A stretch of 64,000 nt of DNA from the human T2T-CHM13v2.0 reference genome, Homo sapiens (GCF_009914755.1 NC_060930.1), one strand, 5' to 3'; counted from the stretch's first letter, positions 27,601 to 41,549 are shown. Numbers and translations: made by a program. Notes: generated by a model from the letters alone, not told the origin.

Positions 27601-30106
27601 ATCTCATCCATTGAACTAAATGTCAGGCCTGCTGTGATGGTTACCTTGGAGGAGTTTTAAAGTTCACATCAAAACTCTGACTTTCTCTGGTTATCACCAA
27701 GTCAATCAAGAATTTCATGCCCACCAAACTGAGACTAGATTCAAGGAAGTCAAGACAGGCAGGGTGAAGCCCATGACATCCTCAGCTGTTGAGACTAAAG
27801 AAAATAATAATGATAAAGCTCATCCTAACCCTGGGTTCTATCTCTGAAACTGCCTCTGAAAAAAGTAATGTTCTTAGGCAACAGAACTCAAGAGTTACCT
27901 TTGAATTTACATCTTTTAAAATTTGAAGTACTTTGAAATTTTCATGGCCCCCACGATGGTTGTGTCTTTGTGTACTTCTCAGGGGCTCCTGGCCCAGGAA
28001 GTGAGTGGCAGATGAAATCTAGCCTACCCCTCCACCACCACCAAGGCACCCTGTTCAGGGCTGCACGCAGCCCATCAGCCTAGAGGGCAAGACACTATTT
28101 TTACAAAGTCACTTCCTTTCCCCAGGCAGTATGCCTTAAGACTGCTTCTGCTCATTTTAATAATTCACAGTCACTGTATAGACTAGAAGCAGCTCTGATG
28201 GAAACCATATGAAGTGGGTTCCAAGTACTCATTTTTGCAAATAGGGAGAAAAAAAAGCTCCATGTCCCTATTTAATATCATACCAGAATAAATGGAATAT
28301 GGCAGTCATCTTTCACCAAGTGTCATCAAGAATATATGTTTACCCACTTTTTGGCACAGAATCCAAATACTCTCAACTCTATCCATCAGGTTTAATTCTC
28401 TCTACTGTCTCAATTATTTTCAGGTAGTTAAGTGGGACTTTTAGAGTAGCTTGTCAGGCTCTTGGGCCCCGGGGGTCACTCAGTACTGTGGAGAAGCAAG
28501 ATACTAAATATGCCTCTGGAATATTTTAGTCACTTTAAGAAAGGTTAAGGTTTCATAAAATGTCCTACAGCAGCGTTCAAATCTGCCCCACACTGGGCCT
28601 CTCATCTGGCAGGTGCCCCCAAGTGATTAGCAGTAACTAATTATGGGTCTCAGTCACTGTTCAGGGAAAAAAAACAAAACAAAACAGATTTAACCTCCAG
28701 AGTACAATGATATGCCCTTTTAATAATTTAAATATTCCTTAAGACAACAAATATAACTATAAATGTCACTTTTACCTATAAGGAATGAACAACACAAGAA
28801 AAACAGTGAAATTCCTAAGTATTCCTTATATATTTTATGTCTAATTTAACTGTTACCTGCTTTAATATTTAAAACTAATATTTGGTGATCCATTTTCCCA
28901 CCCTCAAGTTCCTATAGTTCACTTCTATTTTATTTTTACAACATATATTCAGTGATACTTAAACCATAGTGAATTATTATCTTCATATTTAGTCTTTGTT
29001 ACAGATCCCTAGCATGAATTTTCCAACCAGCCTTAATGTTTTCTAGGTTCTTCCAGAGTTCGAGATTTTAGCTTTTATTGTTACCTTTTAAAAATGTATT
29101 TATTACAGTAACATAAACATAATAATATAAATATTTATTTTATTTATTGCTTTTATTGCTACTCTCTTTTTACCCATCTCCCTTTTCTTCTCCTTGATGT
29201 AGTTATAAAAATAAATCTGCTTAAGACACTTCTAATTTTTTTATTCACTCGGCTTGCTAAATGAGTCAGTCCCCTCTAAAAATTTTGAACATTACATAAA
29301 TATAAATTGACGTATAAAGCAGGTTTCTTTATGAACGTCAAATCTTAACTACAAGGGTGATTTGGATTCAGTGCATTTACATTTGGCTTGAGCATTGCTG
29401 CTGAATCACCTGAGTTCTTTCTGCCTTACATTCTTCTACATGGAAGTTTGTGCTGATGTACAGCCAACTTTGTTTTTGGAACCTGCTTTCCACAGTACAA
29501 TTCAGACACAGTGATGCACAGTGGGTAATGAACTGGACTTAAAAGTCAGAAAGCCTCACTCTACTCTTTTTTATCTCTCTAAATAATCAGCTGATTCTGG
29601 TAAATTCATCTCTCTGTGTCTTAATTTGGTCACCGTTTAAGAAGAGTTTCATTTCAATATTGATTGAGCACCTACTGTGTGTCAGGCCCTATGCAAGTCA
29701 CTAGAAATACAAAGAAGACAAATACAAATACTGTCTGCCTTGAAGGGCTTCAGGGTCTAGAGAAGAAAATGTAAATGGAGAAAAGGAAAATATGTCTAGG
29801 TAGGTGACACAAAATATTTTACAATTTAAGCTCCCTGAGTCAAGACAAACGTGCACAGAGCAGTAACTATCTGCTTTGTGGGCTAGGAGGCTCTCCTATA
29901 GACCCAGAGCAGACCATTAGTGAGGAGCTAGAATGAAGGGCTGTGGGCAGCACAGGCAGGTCAAGGCCAAAGGCTTTAAACTATAGATACTCAAAGAAAG
30001 ACTCAGTGAGTGTCAGAGTTTGGCTTGGGGAGGGCTACACAGACAGTATCTATACACAATGCTCATCCTAGCTTGAGTATATTCTTTATTTCCAAAAGAC
30101 ATGAGC

Positions 30107-33100
30107 CCCCCACAGCTCTAGTCATCATGCTGGTACCCATGGACTCAGCATCCAGGCAAGCACCTATGGCCCCAGGCCCCAGGTCAGCCCACAAAGTCCC
30201 AGGCTTTAGACCTGCCCCTTTGCCAGGTTGGCAACCCTGGCATCAGTTACCAGGCTAGCACTCAAAGACACAGGTTCTAAGATCCTGCCCAGTGCCAAGC
30301 CAGTCCCTACAGCCTCACTTTCCATGCCAGTCCTGCAGCTTCATGCTCCAGCATATTCATGGGCCAGGCCTGCTCCAGCAGACCCAGGGGCTAGGTCCAT
30401 CCCAGTAGACCTCACTGCTATGCTTCTTCACACAGAGCTAGGCTCCAGGACCACCCCTTGGACCCAGATACCAGGACAGCACCTGTGGCCCCAAGACCCA
30501 GGCCTCCCTTCATGTACTTAGCCTCTAGGCCAACAGCTGCATATCCGGCCCCCAGGCTCCACACTTGTCCCAGGTTCCACACTTGTCCTAGCAACAGGGC
30601 AGCCCCAGGCCCTTGGCCAGTTCCAGTGTCCCCGGGCTCCAGTTGACACAGGGTCCAGGCCTACCACAGTGCCAGGCCAGTCCCTGTGGACTCAGACTTC
30701 AGCAATGTCCCAGTGAACCTAGAAACCAGGTCCATACCAGCACCTAGCCAGCCCCTAGAAAGCCTCTTCAGACTCAGACTCAAAGACCACCCCTGCACCA
30801 GGTCAGCCTCTATAAACCCAGGCTTCAGGCCAGCTTCTATAGACTCAGGCTCTAGGCCTGTCCTTATGGACATAGGCTCTAGGTCCACCCCCATAGAACC
30901 AATCAATACGTTTATCCCAGTAGATCCAGGCTCCAGGCCTAACCCTATGGACTCAAGCACCAGGCCTGCCCACCTGCTGACCCAGGCACCAGGATAGCCT
31001 GCCCAAGGACTCAAGCAGCAAGTTCACCCATGGACCATGCCAGACCAGCTGCTGAGAATCTCTAGATGAGCTGACTAGTAAAGGACTTCCCCAGACAAAG
31101 CCAGTCCAAAAAGACAGGAATAAGTCCCTACTTCTTCAAATGCATAGAAACTAATACACAGTCACAAGAATTAGAAACAATCAGGGAAACGTGACAGCAT
31201 CAAAGGAATAAAATAAAGCACCAATAACCACCCTCAAAATAAAGATTTGTAAGCTGCCTGACAAAGAATTCAAAATAATTGCTTTAAGAAAGCTCACAAA
31301 AATATAATAACATACAGAGAAACAATTTAACAAAATTAAAGAACAATAAGCAACCAAAATACGAGATGTTGAATTATTAAAAAAATTCTAGAGCTGAAAT
31401 ATGCAATGAACTAAGTTAAAAATACAATAGAGGGTGTCAACAGCGAACTGGTGAAGCAGAAGAAAGCCTGTGAACTTGAAGACAGAGACAGGTTATTTGA
31501 AAATATATAGTCAGACGAAAATATTAAAGTGAATGAAAATGCATAAAGGAAGCTTATGGGATTTATAGGACAGCATCACAAGCAAGTATTCAAATTATTG
31601 GAGTTAAAAAGTAAGAGTAGAACAATAAAGGGCCAGGAAATTCAGTTAAAGAAATAATAACAGAAAATTTTTCAAATCTGGAAAAATATACAAATATCCA
31701 GGTACAGGAAGGTCTCCACTAAGATTCAGCCCAAACAAGATTACAATAAAATATATTATAATCAAATTGTCAAAAATCAAAGATAAAAAGAGGATCCTAA
31801 AAGCAAGAAAAAAAAAAAAAGAAACATATCACACGTAATGAAGTTCCTATAAGGCTAGCAATAGACTTTTTTACATAAACCTTACAGGGCAGAAGAGAGT
31901 GGGATAATATATTCAAAGTGATAACCCAGAGGCAGGGTGTGTGTGTGGGTGGGGGTGCTGGGGGGAAACTGCCAACCAAGAATTCTTTACCCAGCAAATC
32001 TATCCTTTAGAAATGGAGAGAAAAATACTTCCCCAGACAAACAAAGCTGACAGTTTATCACCACCAGACCTATTTTACAAGAAATGCTAATGGGATTTCT
32101 TCAATCTAAATGAAAAGGAGGATGCTAATTAGTAATACAGTCAAGCATAGGAAAGTATAAAATTTGCTGGTAAAAATCAGTACACAGTCAAATTCAGAAT
32201 ACTCTACTACTATAATGGTTCTACGTAAGTCACTTATATCTTTAGTATGAAGTTTCAAAGACTAAATTATAAAAATAATGATAGCTACTATAATTTGTTA
32301 AGGGATACATAATATAAAACATGTAAATTGTGACACCAAAAACATAAAATGCGGAAAGAGGAGTAAAATTATTGAGTTTTTTCATGTGATCAAATTGTCA
32401 GCATAAAAAAGTCTATTATAACTATAAGATATTTTATGTAAGCCTCATGATACAAAGCAAAACACTTTAGTTGATACACAAACCATAAAAAGTAAGGAAT
32501 CAAAGCATAAGCCACTATAGAAAATCATCTAATTACAATTTCTCTCACAGTAAGAGAGAAAGAAAGGAACAACAGATCTACAAAGCAACTAAGAACAATT
32601 AACAAAATGGTACTAATAAATTCTTACCTATCAATTAATTCTTTGAGTGTAAATGGATTCAATTTTCCAATCAAAAGACAAGAATGACTGAATGGCTGAA
32701 AGGGCTTTTTAAAAAAGACCTAACTATACACTGCCTACAATAGACACACTTCACATATATACTAAAAGGGAAGGGAGGGAAAAAGATATTCCATGTAAAT
32801 GCTAACCAAAGGAGAGCAAGGTAGCTATTTATATTAGATAAAATAGAATTTATATTAAAAAAAGTAGAACAAGACAAAGAAAGCCATTATATAAGTTAAA
32901 ATGATTAATTTGATAATAACGGTTGTAAATATACATGTGCCCAACATTGGAACATCTAAAAATATAAAGCAAATATTAATAGATCTAGAGAGAGAATAGA
33001 GAGAGAGAATAGAGAGAGAGACTGTAACACAATAATGGTAGAGGACTTCCATACTCCACTTTCAGCAAAGGATAGATAATCCAGACAGAATATCAATAAG

Positions 33101-36100
33101 GAAACATCAGACTTAAACTGCACATTAGACCAAATAAACCTAACAGACATATACAAAAGATTGAATCCAACAGCAGCAGGATATATATACATTCTTTTCA
33201 AGTGTACACATAATATTCTCTAGGATAGATCATATTAGAGCACAAAAAGGTCTTAACAAAATTTAAAAGATTAAAATCATATCAAACATCTTTTTAAACT
33301 ACAGTAGTATATAAAACTAGAGAACAATAACAGAAAGAATTTCAGAAAATTTACAAATACAAAAAAATTTAACAAGATGTTTCTGAACAACTAATGGGTC
33401 AAAGAAGAATTTAAAAATATCTTGAGACAAATGCAAATGGACACACAAAATACTAAAATCTAGTAGCATACTATGAGATACAGCAAAATATATCTAAGAA
33501 AAAAACTTATAGCAATACATGCCTACATCAAAAAAGAAGATTTCAAACAAAAAACATAACATCATACCACAAGGAATTAAAAAGAAAAGAACAAACTAAG
33601 CCCAAAGTTAGTAGAATGAAGGAAATAATAAAGATCAGAAAATAAATAAATGAAATAGAGACTAGACAAATAGTAGAAATTATCCAAAAACTGAGTTGGC
33701 CTTTTACAAAGATAAACAAAATCAACAACCCTTAAGCTAGCTTAATAAAAAAATCTGAGAAGACTCAAATAAAATCAGAAATGAAAGAGGAGACAATAGA
33801 ACTGATACCACAAGAATACAAAAGATCATAGGAAATTACTATGAACAATTATATGCCAACAGTTGGATAACTTAGAAGAAATGGATAAATTCCTAGAGAC
33901 GTAAAACCTACGAAGACTGAATCACGAAGAAAAAGAAAACATGAACTGACCAATAACAAGTAAAAAGATCAAATCAGTAATAAAATGTCTCCTACCAAAG
34001 AAAAGCCCAGAACACGATGACTTTATTGCTGAATTTTAACAAACATCTAAAGAACTAAAACCAATTATTCTCAAACTTTTTCCAAAAAATTGAAAAAGGA
34101 ATACTTCCAACTGTATTTTACAAAGTCAGTATTACCCTGATACCAAAGTCAGACAACTACACTACAAGACAAGAAAATTATAGACCAATATCCCTAATGA
34201 ACACAGATACAAAAATCATCCACAAAATACCTGTAAACCAAATTCAACAGCACATTAAAATGATTGTTCACCACAATCAAGTGAGATTTATCACAGAAAA
34301 GCAAGAATAATTCAAGAAATGCAAATCTGTAAATGTGATACACAACATTAACAGAATGAAGGATAAAAACCATATGGTTATCTCAACAGAAACAGAAAAA
34401 GCATTTGACAAAATTCAACCCTCTTTCACAATAAAAATTCTCAACAATTTAGTTGTCAAAGGAATGTACTTCAATATAACAAAGGCCATATATAACAAAC
34501 TCACAGCTGACAGCATACTTAACATTGAAAAGATGGAAGATTTTCCTCTAAGATTAGAAACAAGACAAGGAAGCCACTCTTACCACTTTTATTCAACATA
34601 ATACTGGAAGTCCTAGCCAGAGCAATTAGGCAAGAGAAAGAAATAAAAGGAATCCAAACTGGAAAGGAAGAAGTTAAATTGTCCTTATCTGCAGATTACG
34701 TGATCTTATACATAGAAAACCCTCAACACTCCATCAAACAACTGTTAGAACTAATAAACAAATTCAGTAAAGTTGTAGGATACAAAACCAAAATACAAAA
34801 ATCAGTAGCATTTCTATATACTAACAAGGAACTATCTGAAAAAGAAATTAAGAAAACCAACCAAATTACAAAAGCTAAGAAAAATCAAATACTTAGAAAT
34901 AAATTTAACCAAGGAAGTGAAAGACCTGTACACTGAAAACTATGAAACATAATGAAGGAATCTGAAGAAGACACAATAAATGAAAAGATATTCTATCTTC
35001 AGAGGCTAGAAGAATTAGTATTAATATTAAATATTAACATTTAATATTATTAAAATGTTCATACTACAGAAAGTAATCTATAGATTCAGTGCAATCTCTA
35101 ACAAAATTCCAATAACATTTTTTCACAGAAATAGAAAAAAAAAATCCTGAAATTTATATGGAACCACAAAGGACTCTGAATAGCCAAAACAATCTTGAGT
35201 AAAAAGAAAAAAGCTGACTACAAAGCTATAGTAATCAAAACAGCATGGTACTAACATAAAAACAGGCATGTGGACCAATGGAACAGAATAGAAAGCCCAG
35301 AAATAAATCCATGGATTTACAGTCAATTGATTTTCCACAAAGGTGCCAAGAACACACAACGAAGAAAAAACAGTTTCTTTAATAATAATAATGTTGGAAC
35401 AACTGGATATCCACATTCAGAAGAATGAAATCAGAACTTTAGCTTATGACATATACAAAAATAAATTCAAAATGAAATAGACTTACATAAGACTTAAAAC
35501 TAAAACTACTAGAAGAAAATGTATGAAAAGAATTGTTGACTTTGGTCTGGGTAATGACTTTTTGGATATGACCCCAAAAGCACAGGCAACAAAAGCAAAA
35601 ATAAATGGGATTACATTAAACTAAAAGGTTTTTGCACAGTAAAGGAAACAATCAATGGAGAAAATATTTGCAAAGAGAGAAAACATTTGTAAATCTGACA
35701 AGGAGTTAGTATCCAAAAATACATAAGGAACTCAAATAACTCAACTGCAAAAAAACAAATAACCTGATTTAAAAATGGGCAAAGGAGCTGAATTGACATT
35801 TCTCAAAAGAAGACAGACAAATGACCAGTAAGTGTATTAAAAAGTACTCAACTATGCTAATGATCAGGGAAATGCAAATTATACCGCAATGAAATATCAC
35901 CTCACACCTGTTAGGATGGCTACTGGAAAAAAGGTGAAAGTGTTGGTGATGATGTCAGGAAAAGGAAACTATTACACATTGTTAGTGGGAATGTACATTG
36001 GTACAGCTATTATGGAAAACAGTATGGAGTTTCCTCCAAAAACTAAAAATAGAACCACCATTTAATCCAACAATCCTACTACTAGGTATACATCTAAATA

Positions 36101-36729
36101 AAATGAAATTGGTGTGTTGAAGAGATATCTGCTCTCCATTATTCATCGCAGCATTATTTATAATTGCCAAGATATGGACTTAACCTAAGTGTTCATCAAT
36201 AGATGAATGGATAAAGAAAATGTGGTATATATGAAATACCAGTCAGCCTTAAACAAGAAGGAAACCCTGTCTTTGCACAACATGGATGAAAATGCAGGAT
36301 AGTATGTTAAGTGAAATAAGCCAGGTACAGAAAGACAAATATTACATAATCTCACTTACATGTAGAGGATAAAAATGTCAGACACATAGAAACCGAGAGT
36401 AGAATGGTACTTACCAGGGGCTGGGAAGTTGTTGAACAAAGGCTACAAAATTTTAGCTGGACAGGAGGAATGAGTTCAAAAGATCTATTCTACAACATGG
36501 TGACTTTAGTTAAAAATAATCTATTGTATTTTTAAAAACCACTAAGAAGGTAGATTTTATATATTCTCCCCACGAAAAAGTAATAAGTATGGGAGGTAAT
36601 GTATATGTTAATTAGCTCAAATTAGTCATTACATAATGCGTACATATTTCAATACATCATATTGTATACAATAAATGTATACATAATTTTTGTTAGTCAA
36701 TTGAAAATAAATTATTTAAAAATTAAGAA
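30107..36729 (+). mobile_element. Near-full-length decayed LINE-1 (L1MA4/L1MA5-like), antisense to RCAN2, with 13-bp TSD
   Basis: GC-rich repetitive 5' region, ORF1 remnants at ~31130-32110 and ORF2 remnants from ~32608 (KDKNHMVIS…EKAFDKIQ; [12 protein letters not shown]…[15 protein letters not shown]). L1MA-type 3'UTR. TSD aaaagacatgagc (30094-30106) / aatagacatgagc (36730-36742). Confidence 0.93.
34335..34936 (+). pseudogene. L1 ORF2 reverse-transcriptase remnant (frameshifted; FADD motif reads SADY)
   Basis: ORFs 34335-34601 and 34679-34936 translate to recognisable L1 RT segments in different frames. Confidence 0.9.
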
Positions 36730-36851
36730 AATAGACATGAGCATCTTATGGGCAAAATACATTGAATTGCTCACTTTATGGCGTTTCAGATTTCCATGAT
36801 AAATTCATTCTTCTCTTTGAATATGGAATGTAGATTCATTTTTATGTTTTA

Positions 36852-37147
36852 TAGATCTACAACCTACTGTCTGAAACTCTTGAGGAGTGATATGTTTGGC
36901 ATTCTGAATTGGGGGATTTGGATGTGTAATACTGGGCACAGGGCTCATATTGTGTAATGTCCCAGCAACATCGGGGGCAGCCCCTAGTAATTAAAGGGAG
37001 GAATATTTCTACAGAGAAATAGCTGACTAGTCGAACTACAAGTAGCCTCTTATCAGTTCAGGTCAGATTTTAATGAAGTGATGTTTTGTCTCACAATGGA
37101 TTGTGAAAAAAGTCTCAGTTTTCAGATGTTCAGATTTTAGTACTATA
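36852..37147. mobile_element. MER46C-like Tigger derivative
   Basis: Right end tcagttttcagatg…gataagagattgtggaccgg resembles the recalled TIR caggtccacaatcccttatc. Confidence 0.6.
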
Positions 37148-37794
37148 GATAAGAGATTGTGGACCGGCAGTTGTAAAGTTCAAAGTAAACATCGACATTC
37201 TCCTACAAACTAGAGTGAGGGGAACTCAGTAAAAACCACAAATAATCAGATTTAGCTTTGAAAATCCTTTAGGATGCTCTCATAATGCCTGCAATGTTAG
37301 ACTAGCTCAGCGTTTAGTCAGCTGAACTTGAGAAGAAGAAATTGGTTCAGATTTAGTGGATATGCTGAATGAAAGTGTACATCTTTGAATATTAGAATCA
37401 CTCTAGCTACTTGCAATGCATTGCAATGATCTATTTACAAGACACACAAAGACTAAGAGAACAGCAGAGCCAGGTCTTTCACCACATGCCCATTCTAGTA
37501 GAATATACTCTTTAATGGTTGGCAGAATTACCATCTTATTTTTAAAGAACTGTGTATGTTCATGTGTGATGTGTGTATGTCTGTCTGTGTGTGTAAGGAA
37601 ATGAATGTAGTTGAAAATATGCTAAATGTCCTTTTGTTTTGGCATCACTGTCAGCATTTATGTTTATTAGTTGTTTGCTTATTTTGAATAGACCACTCTT
37701 GGTACATTATAAATTAAATTTAAGCCTATTTTGTTTACCATTGAATCCCCAGAACCAAATATCATACCAGCTTTCAATAAATATCTGTATATCA

Positions 37795-38430
37795 GGAGGC
37801 AGTAGTGCATAATGTTTAAGAACATGAACTCTGTAGTCTGGCAGCCTAGATTTGAATCCTGCCTTGGCCACTACTAGCTTAGACCATGGGAAAAGTCTCT
37901 GCTCTCTAGTGTCCTCACCTGAAAAATAGGGATAATGATACTTACACCAATCTAGATGGACTAATTTATACTATAATAACAAACCCCAAAATCCCAGTGG
38001 CCTGAACCAACAAAAGTTCTTGTTTGTTTGTTTTTCTTGTTGCATTACATGTTCATGATAGGTTAGCTAGGATTCTATCCTACATCATCAGTGTCCTTAC
38101 TCCAGGACCCAAACTGCCTAAGCCAGCACTACTTGGCACAATGCCAGTTTCCCTAACAGAACAAAAGGAACATTCTTCAGGGTCCAATATAGGTAAATTA
38201 AATTCTTGGCCTAGAAATCACACAAGTCATTTCTGCTTACACATTGGGTAGAAACAGCCAGTAGGGTCCAGGGAATACAATCCTGACACGCACCCAGGAA
38301 GTAGAGTTACAGAAAGATACTACCCTCATAGGGTTGTCATGACAAGTAAAGGACTCATGTTTATAAAGCACCTGGAAAAGGACCTGGCACCATGCCAAAT
38401 GCTATATAGGTATTTGCTGCTGATGTTATA
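37795..38430 (+). mobile_element. MIR split by an old MLT1-type LTR (~37945-38315)
   Basis: MIR 5' half (gcctagatttgaatcct…gtcctcacctgaaaaataggg) and 3' half (cctcatagggttgtcatga…taaagcacc) flank ataacaaaccccaaaatcccagtggc…. Confidence 0.65.
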
Positions 38431-38461
38431 ATTATTAATAAATTGAATAAATACATATTTT

Positions 38462-38591
38462 GGAGAAATACCTAATGTAGATGACGGGTTGATGGGTGTA
38501 GCAAACCACCATGGCATGTGTATACCTATGTAACAAAACCTGCACGTTCTGCACATGTATCCCATAACTTAAAGTATAATAATAAAAAAAA
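38462..38591 (+). mobile_element. 5'-truncated L1PA (L1PA7/8-like) 3' end with poly-A
   Basis: ggagaaatacctaatgtagatgacgggttgatggg…aacctgcacgttctgcacatgtatccc…aacttaaagtataataataaaaaaaa. Confidence 0.92.
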
Positions 38592-41217
38592 GTCACCTTT
38601 CAGGTTTCTTCTTATTCAATTGAATTTGGCTAAACATTTCAGTCATTGCTTCACTGTTCCCCTTTAGCAAGCAGTGCATTCCAATGTCCTACCCAGCAGA
38701 CCCTTATGTGTCTTTAGCATAGACACAGGGCAGCTCAAAGGACAACCTTCCTAGCCTCACCTTCCTCAAGATGACTTCTGCAGCCCAGCTGGATCCCGAA
38801 AGATGAACCCAGGGGAGTGCTCTGAAGAGAAATGTACCCTAGTAATTTTCAGGTGTTGGACACTGTGAAGATCACAGTTTTAAATGTGTTTCATACAAAA
38901 ATATTTATACTTCAAGCTGTAGCACGCACACAGCAATCTGCATTTATTGGTTTCAGATGCCAATTTCCTCCAGCTCCGGTTCTCCTTTGTGTTATATAAA
39001 CAAATCTCAACCATCTGGACCACAACAAGCCTCACTGAAGTATGTGCTCACTCATTGCAAAAGCATGAAATCAAAATACAATCTCACGGAATTCTGCCTA
39101 ACTGAAAATTGGAATGAACATTACGGACAACACAAAGCTGTTTTTTAACATGTGCTTTAGGTGTCAGAACTTAGAATGTAAATAGGACAGCAGAAATGAG
39201 CATATCAGAATATTTATCATTTTGCACAGAACAAAGTGATACAGAAATAAACAGATCCAGATCACATCCTGTGCTGTTACCTATATTATGAGAAGTTCAA
39301 TTCATAAATTTCCTCAAAAATGAAAAGGTATCTCAGACATGTAGGAAAATAGAGAAGAGAATGCTGCAAGACTCATTTGTGATAGAAAGCAAAAGGTTTA
39401 ATTCCTACCCAACTATGGAAGTTAAATGTATACTTTATAATAATTGCAAGACAAAGGCTAAACTTAAATGCATCAATATCAAGACACAATGATTTCAGAA
39501 GCAGGCTGTGCCAAAAAAGAAAAGACTCTGCCAAAACAAATTACATATGAAACCACCGACCCTCGTAAACCTTGGAAATGAAGGCTAAGCATCATTTCTG
39601 ATGTCTCCACCCCCTGCTATAATTCCAGGCTGCTGAATACATCTTCCCAAAGCCAAATATAAAAACAATTACCATGGCCAGCCTTGCCCATAGGCCAATA
39701 CAAGGAGTGCTGGAAATGCTTTTTGCTTCTTTTCCCCCTGCCTAAAAATATCTCCCCACCAACTTATCACAGTGCCTAAAATGTCCACCCTTTGTGGAAA
39801 ATACCCATCATCAGACTTCATGGCTCAGATTCACGAAACCTAAACCTTGTGGAAAGAATATTCTGACAGAATGGAGTATGATACTTAATGTCTTAAAATA
39901 AGTGATTTTATCATAATAGTTTTTTAAAAAGGAGGTTAAATGAAAGAAATATGAATTTCTGGGTCTGGAAGAGAAATATGCAGTGAAAATGAGATGCCAC
40001 AAGACTCCCCACTTTTTTTTCTGGAGTCCCAGCAATCATGCCTCCTGGCTATTGTCAACTTATCTGGTATCTGATTATCTTGTTTTGTCACCTTAAACTA
40101 TATAGATATAATTAAGTCAAAATTAAATCCATGTCAGATTATTTGGTATCCTAAAGACTGTCCACAAAAGGAAGAGTAAAAAAAGAAAAAAAAATCTTGC
40201 TGAGGTAGGACACTTTCTGATTTAATAAACTGAATTACATAGACTTCAGCCAATTATAAAATTCACCTCCATGGCTGTAAAATGGTGATCTAAATCATTT
40301 GAAACTGAGTGCAATTAACTATATTCTTGTTTATTTTGCCTCAATATTTTATCAAGGTCATCCTAAAACCAAATACTATTTCCCAAACTGCTATGCACAA
40401 ACTTCGTATACACATTAGATGAGAATATCTTGTAATCCTTTATTCAATCACAAATCAGAATATCAAAATAGATGTGTACAGACTCCCATGAACTCCCCCC
40501 TCCAGCCCCTGTCCTTCTATGTCCTCAGTTCTAATTCAGTTAATCAGCCATTCTTGAGCAGCACTGCTAAATGAGATTAGCACCTTCCTAGGCCTCATTG
40601 TTTCAGTCTACTGGGAAGTATTTAATCAGGAAAGAATGAAAACCCTCATTAAATCTCTAAGGAAAATCCTTCTAATTGTGATATTTAGAGAAATGGATGA
40701 TATGATGAGAATACATAGACTGTTGCTTTATAGTTTATGGCAGGTATATTTCAGAGGAAACTACTTGCCCTGAGAAAATTATCATTTGTGATAATCTGGT
40801 TATAATCCAAGAACAAAATTCTCAGTTTCTTCCAAAGAAGAAATTGGCATGTGCCACTTTCTTACTTTAAATAGTCTGATGATCATAGCACTGGAGGTTC
40901 TAATTATATATAATTCCTTGTATTTCAAGCTATTTTCAGCCCATAATTTCAACAGTTCAACTCCACACTGATATCATTATAAAAATATCTTTAAATGGCT
41001 TAAAATAATTCCTAATCCTCTGGGATGGTTTTGTCTGTGGCTATCAGGATTGTCTACAAAATCAATCATATCCGTAAATCAGACTTCCAGTAATTATGCC
41101 AGACACAGACTTCAGCAATGGGCAGAAAGAGCTAAAGTCTGTGAAACAGCAACCATAAAGCCTACTCTTATACCTCACACAGAGTCATATACTTTAGTTT
41201 AGAAAAAAAAAAGCCTC

Positions 41218-41549
41218 AGCCGGGCGCAGTGGCTCACACCTGTAATCCCAACACTTTGGGAGGCCGAGGCAGGCAGATTACGAGGTCAGGAGATCGAGAC
41301 CATCCTGGCTAACACAGTGAAACCCCATCTCTACTAAAAATACAAAAAATTAGCTGGGCGTGGTGATGGGCGCCTGTAGTCCCAGCTACTCAGGAGGCTG
41401 AAGCAGGAGAATGGCGTGAACCCAAGGAGGTGGAGCTGGCAGTGAGCCGAGATTGCACCACTGCACTCCAGCCTGGGCAACAGAGCGAGATTCCGTTAAA
41501 AAAAAAAAAAGAAAGAAAGAAAGAAAGAAAAAGAAAAAGAAAAAAAAAA
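41218..41549 (+). mobile_element. AluY SINE with A/(GAAA)n tail
   Basis: Y-diagnostic gagatcgagaccatcctggctaacac and agaatggcgtgaaccc. A-rich TSD-like flanks. Confidence 0.95.

Noticed and set aside
30661-31014. 117-aa antisense ORF as an L1 ORF0 equivalent
   Set aside because: ORF0 is a feature of younger primate L1PA 5'UTRs. Here openness is explained by a GC-rich 27-bp repeat.
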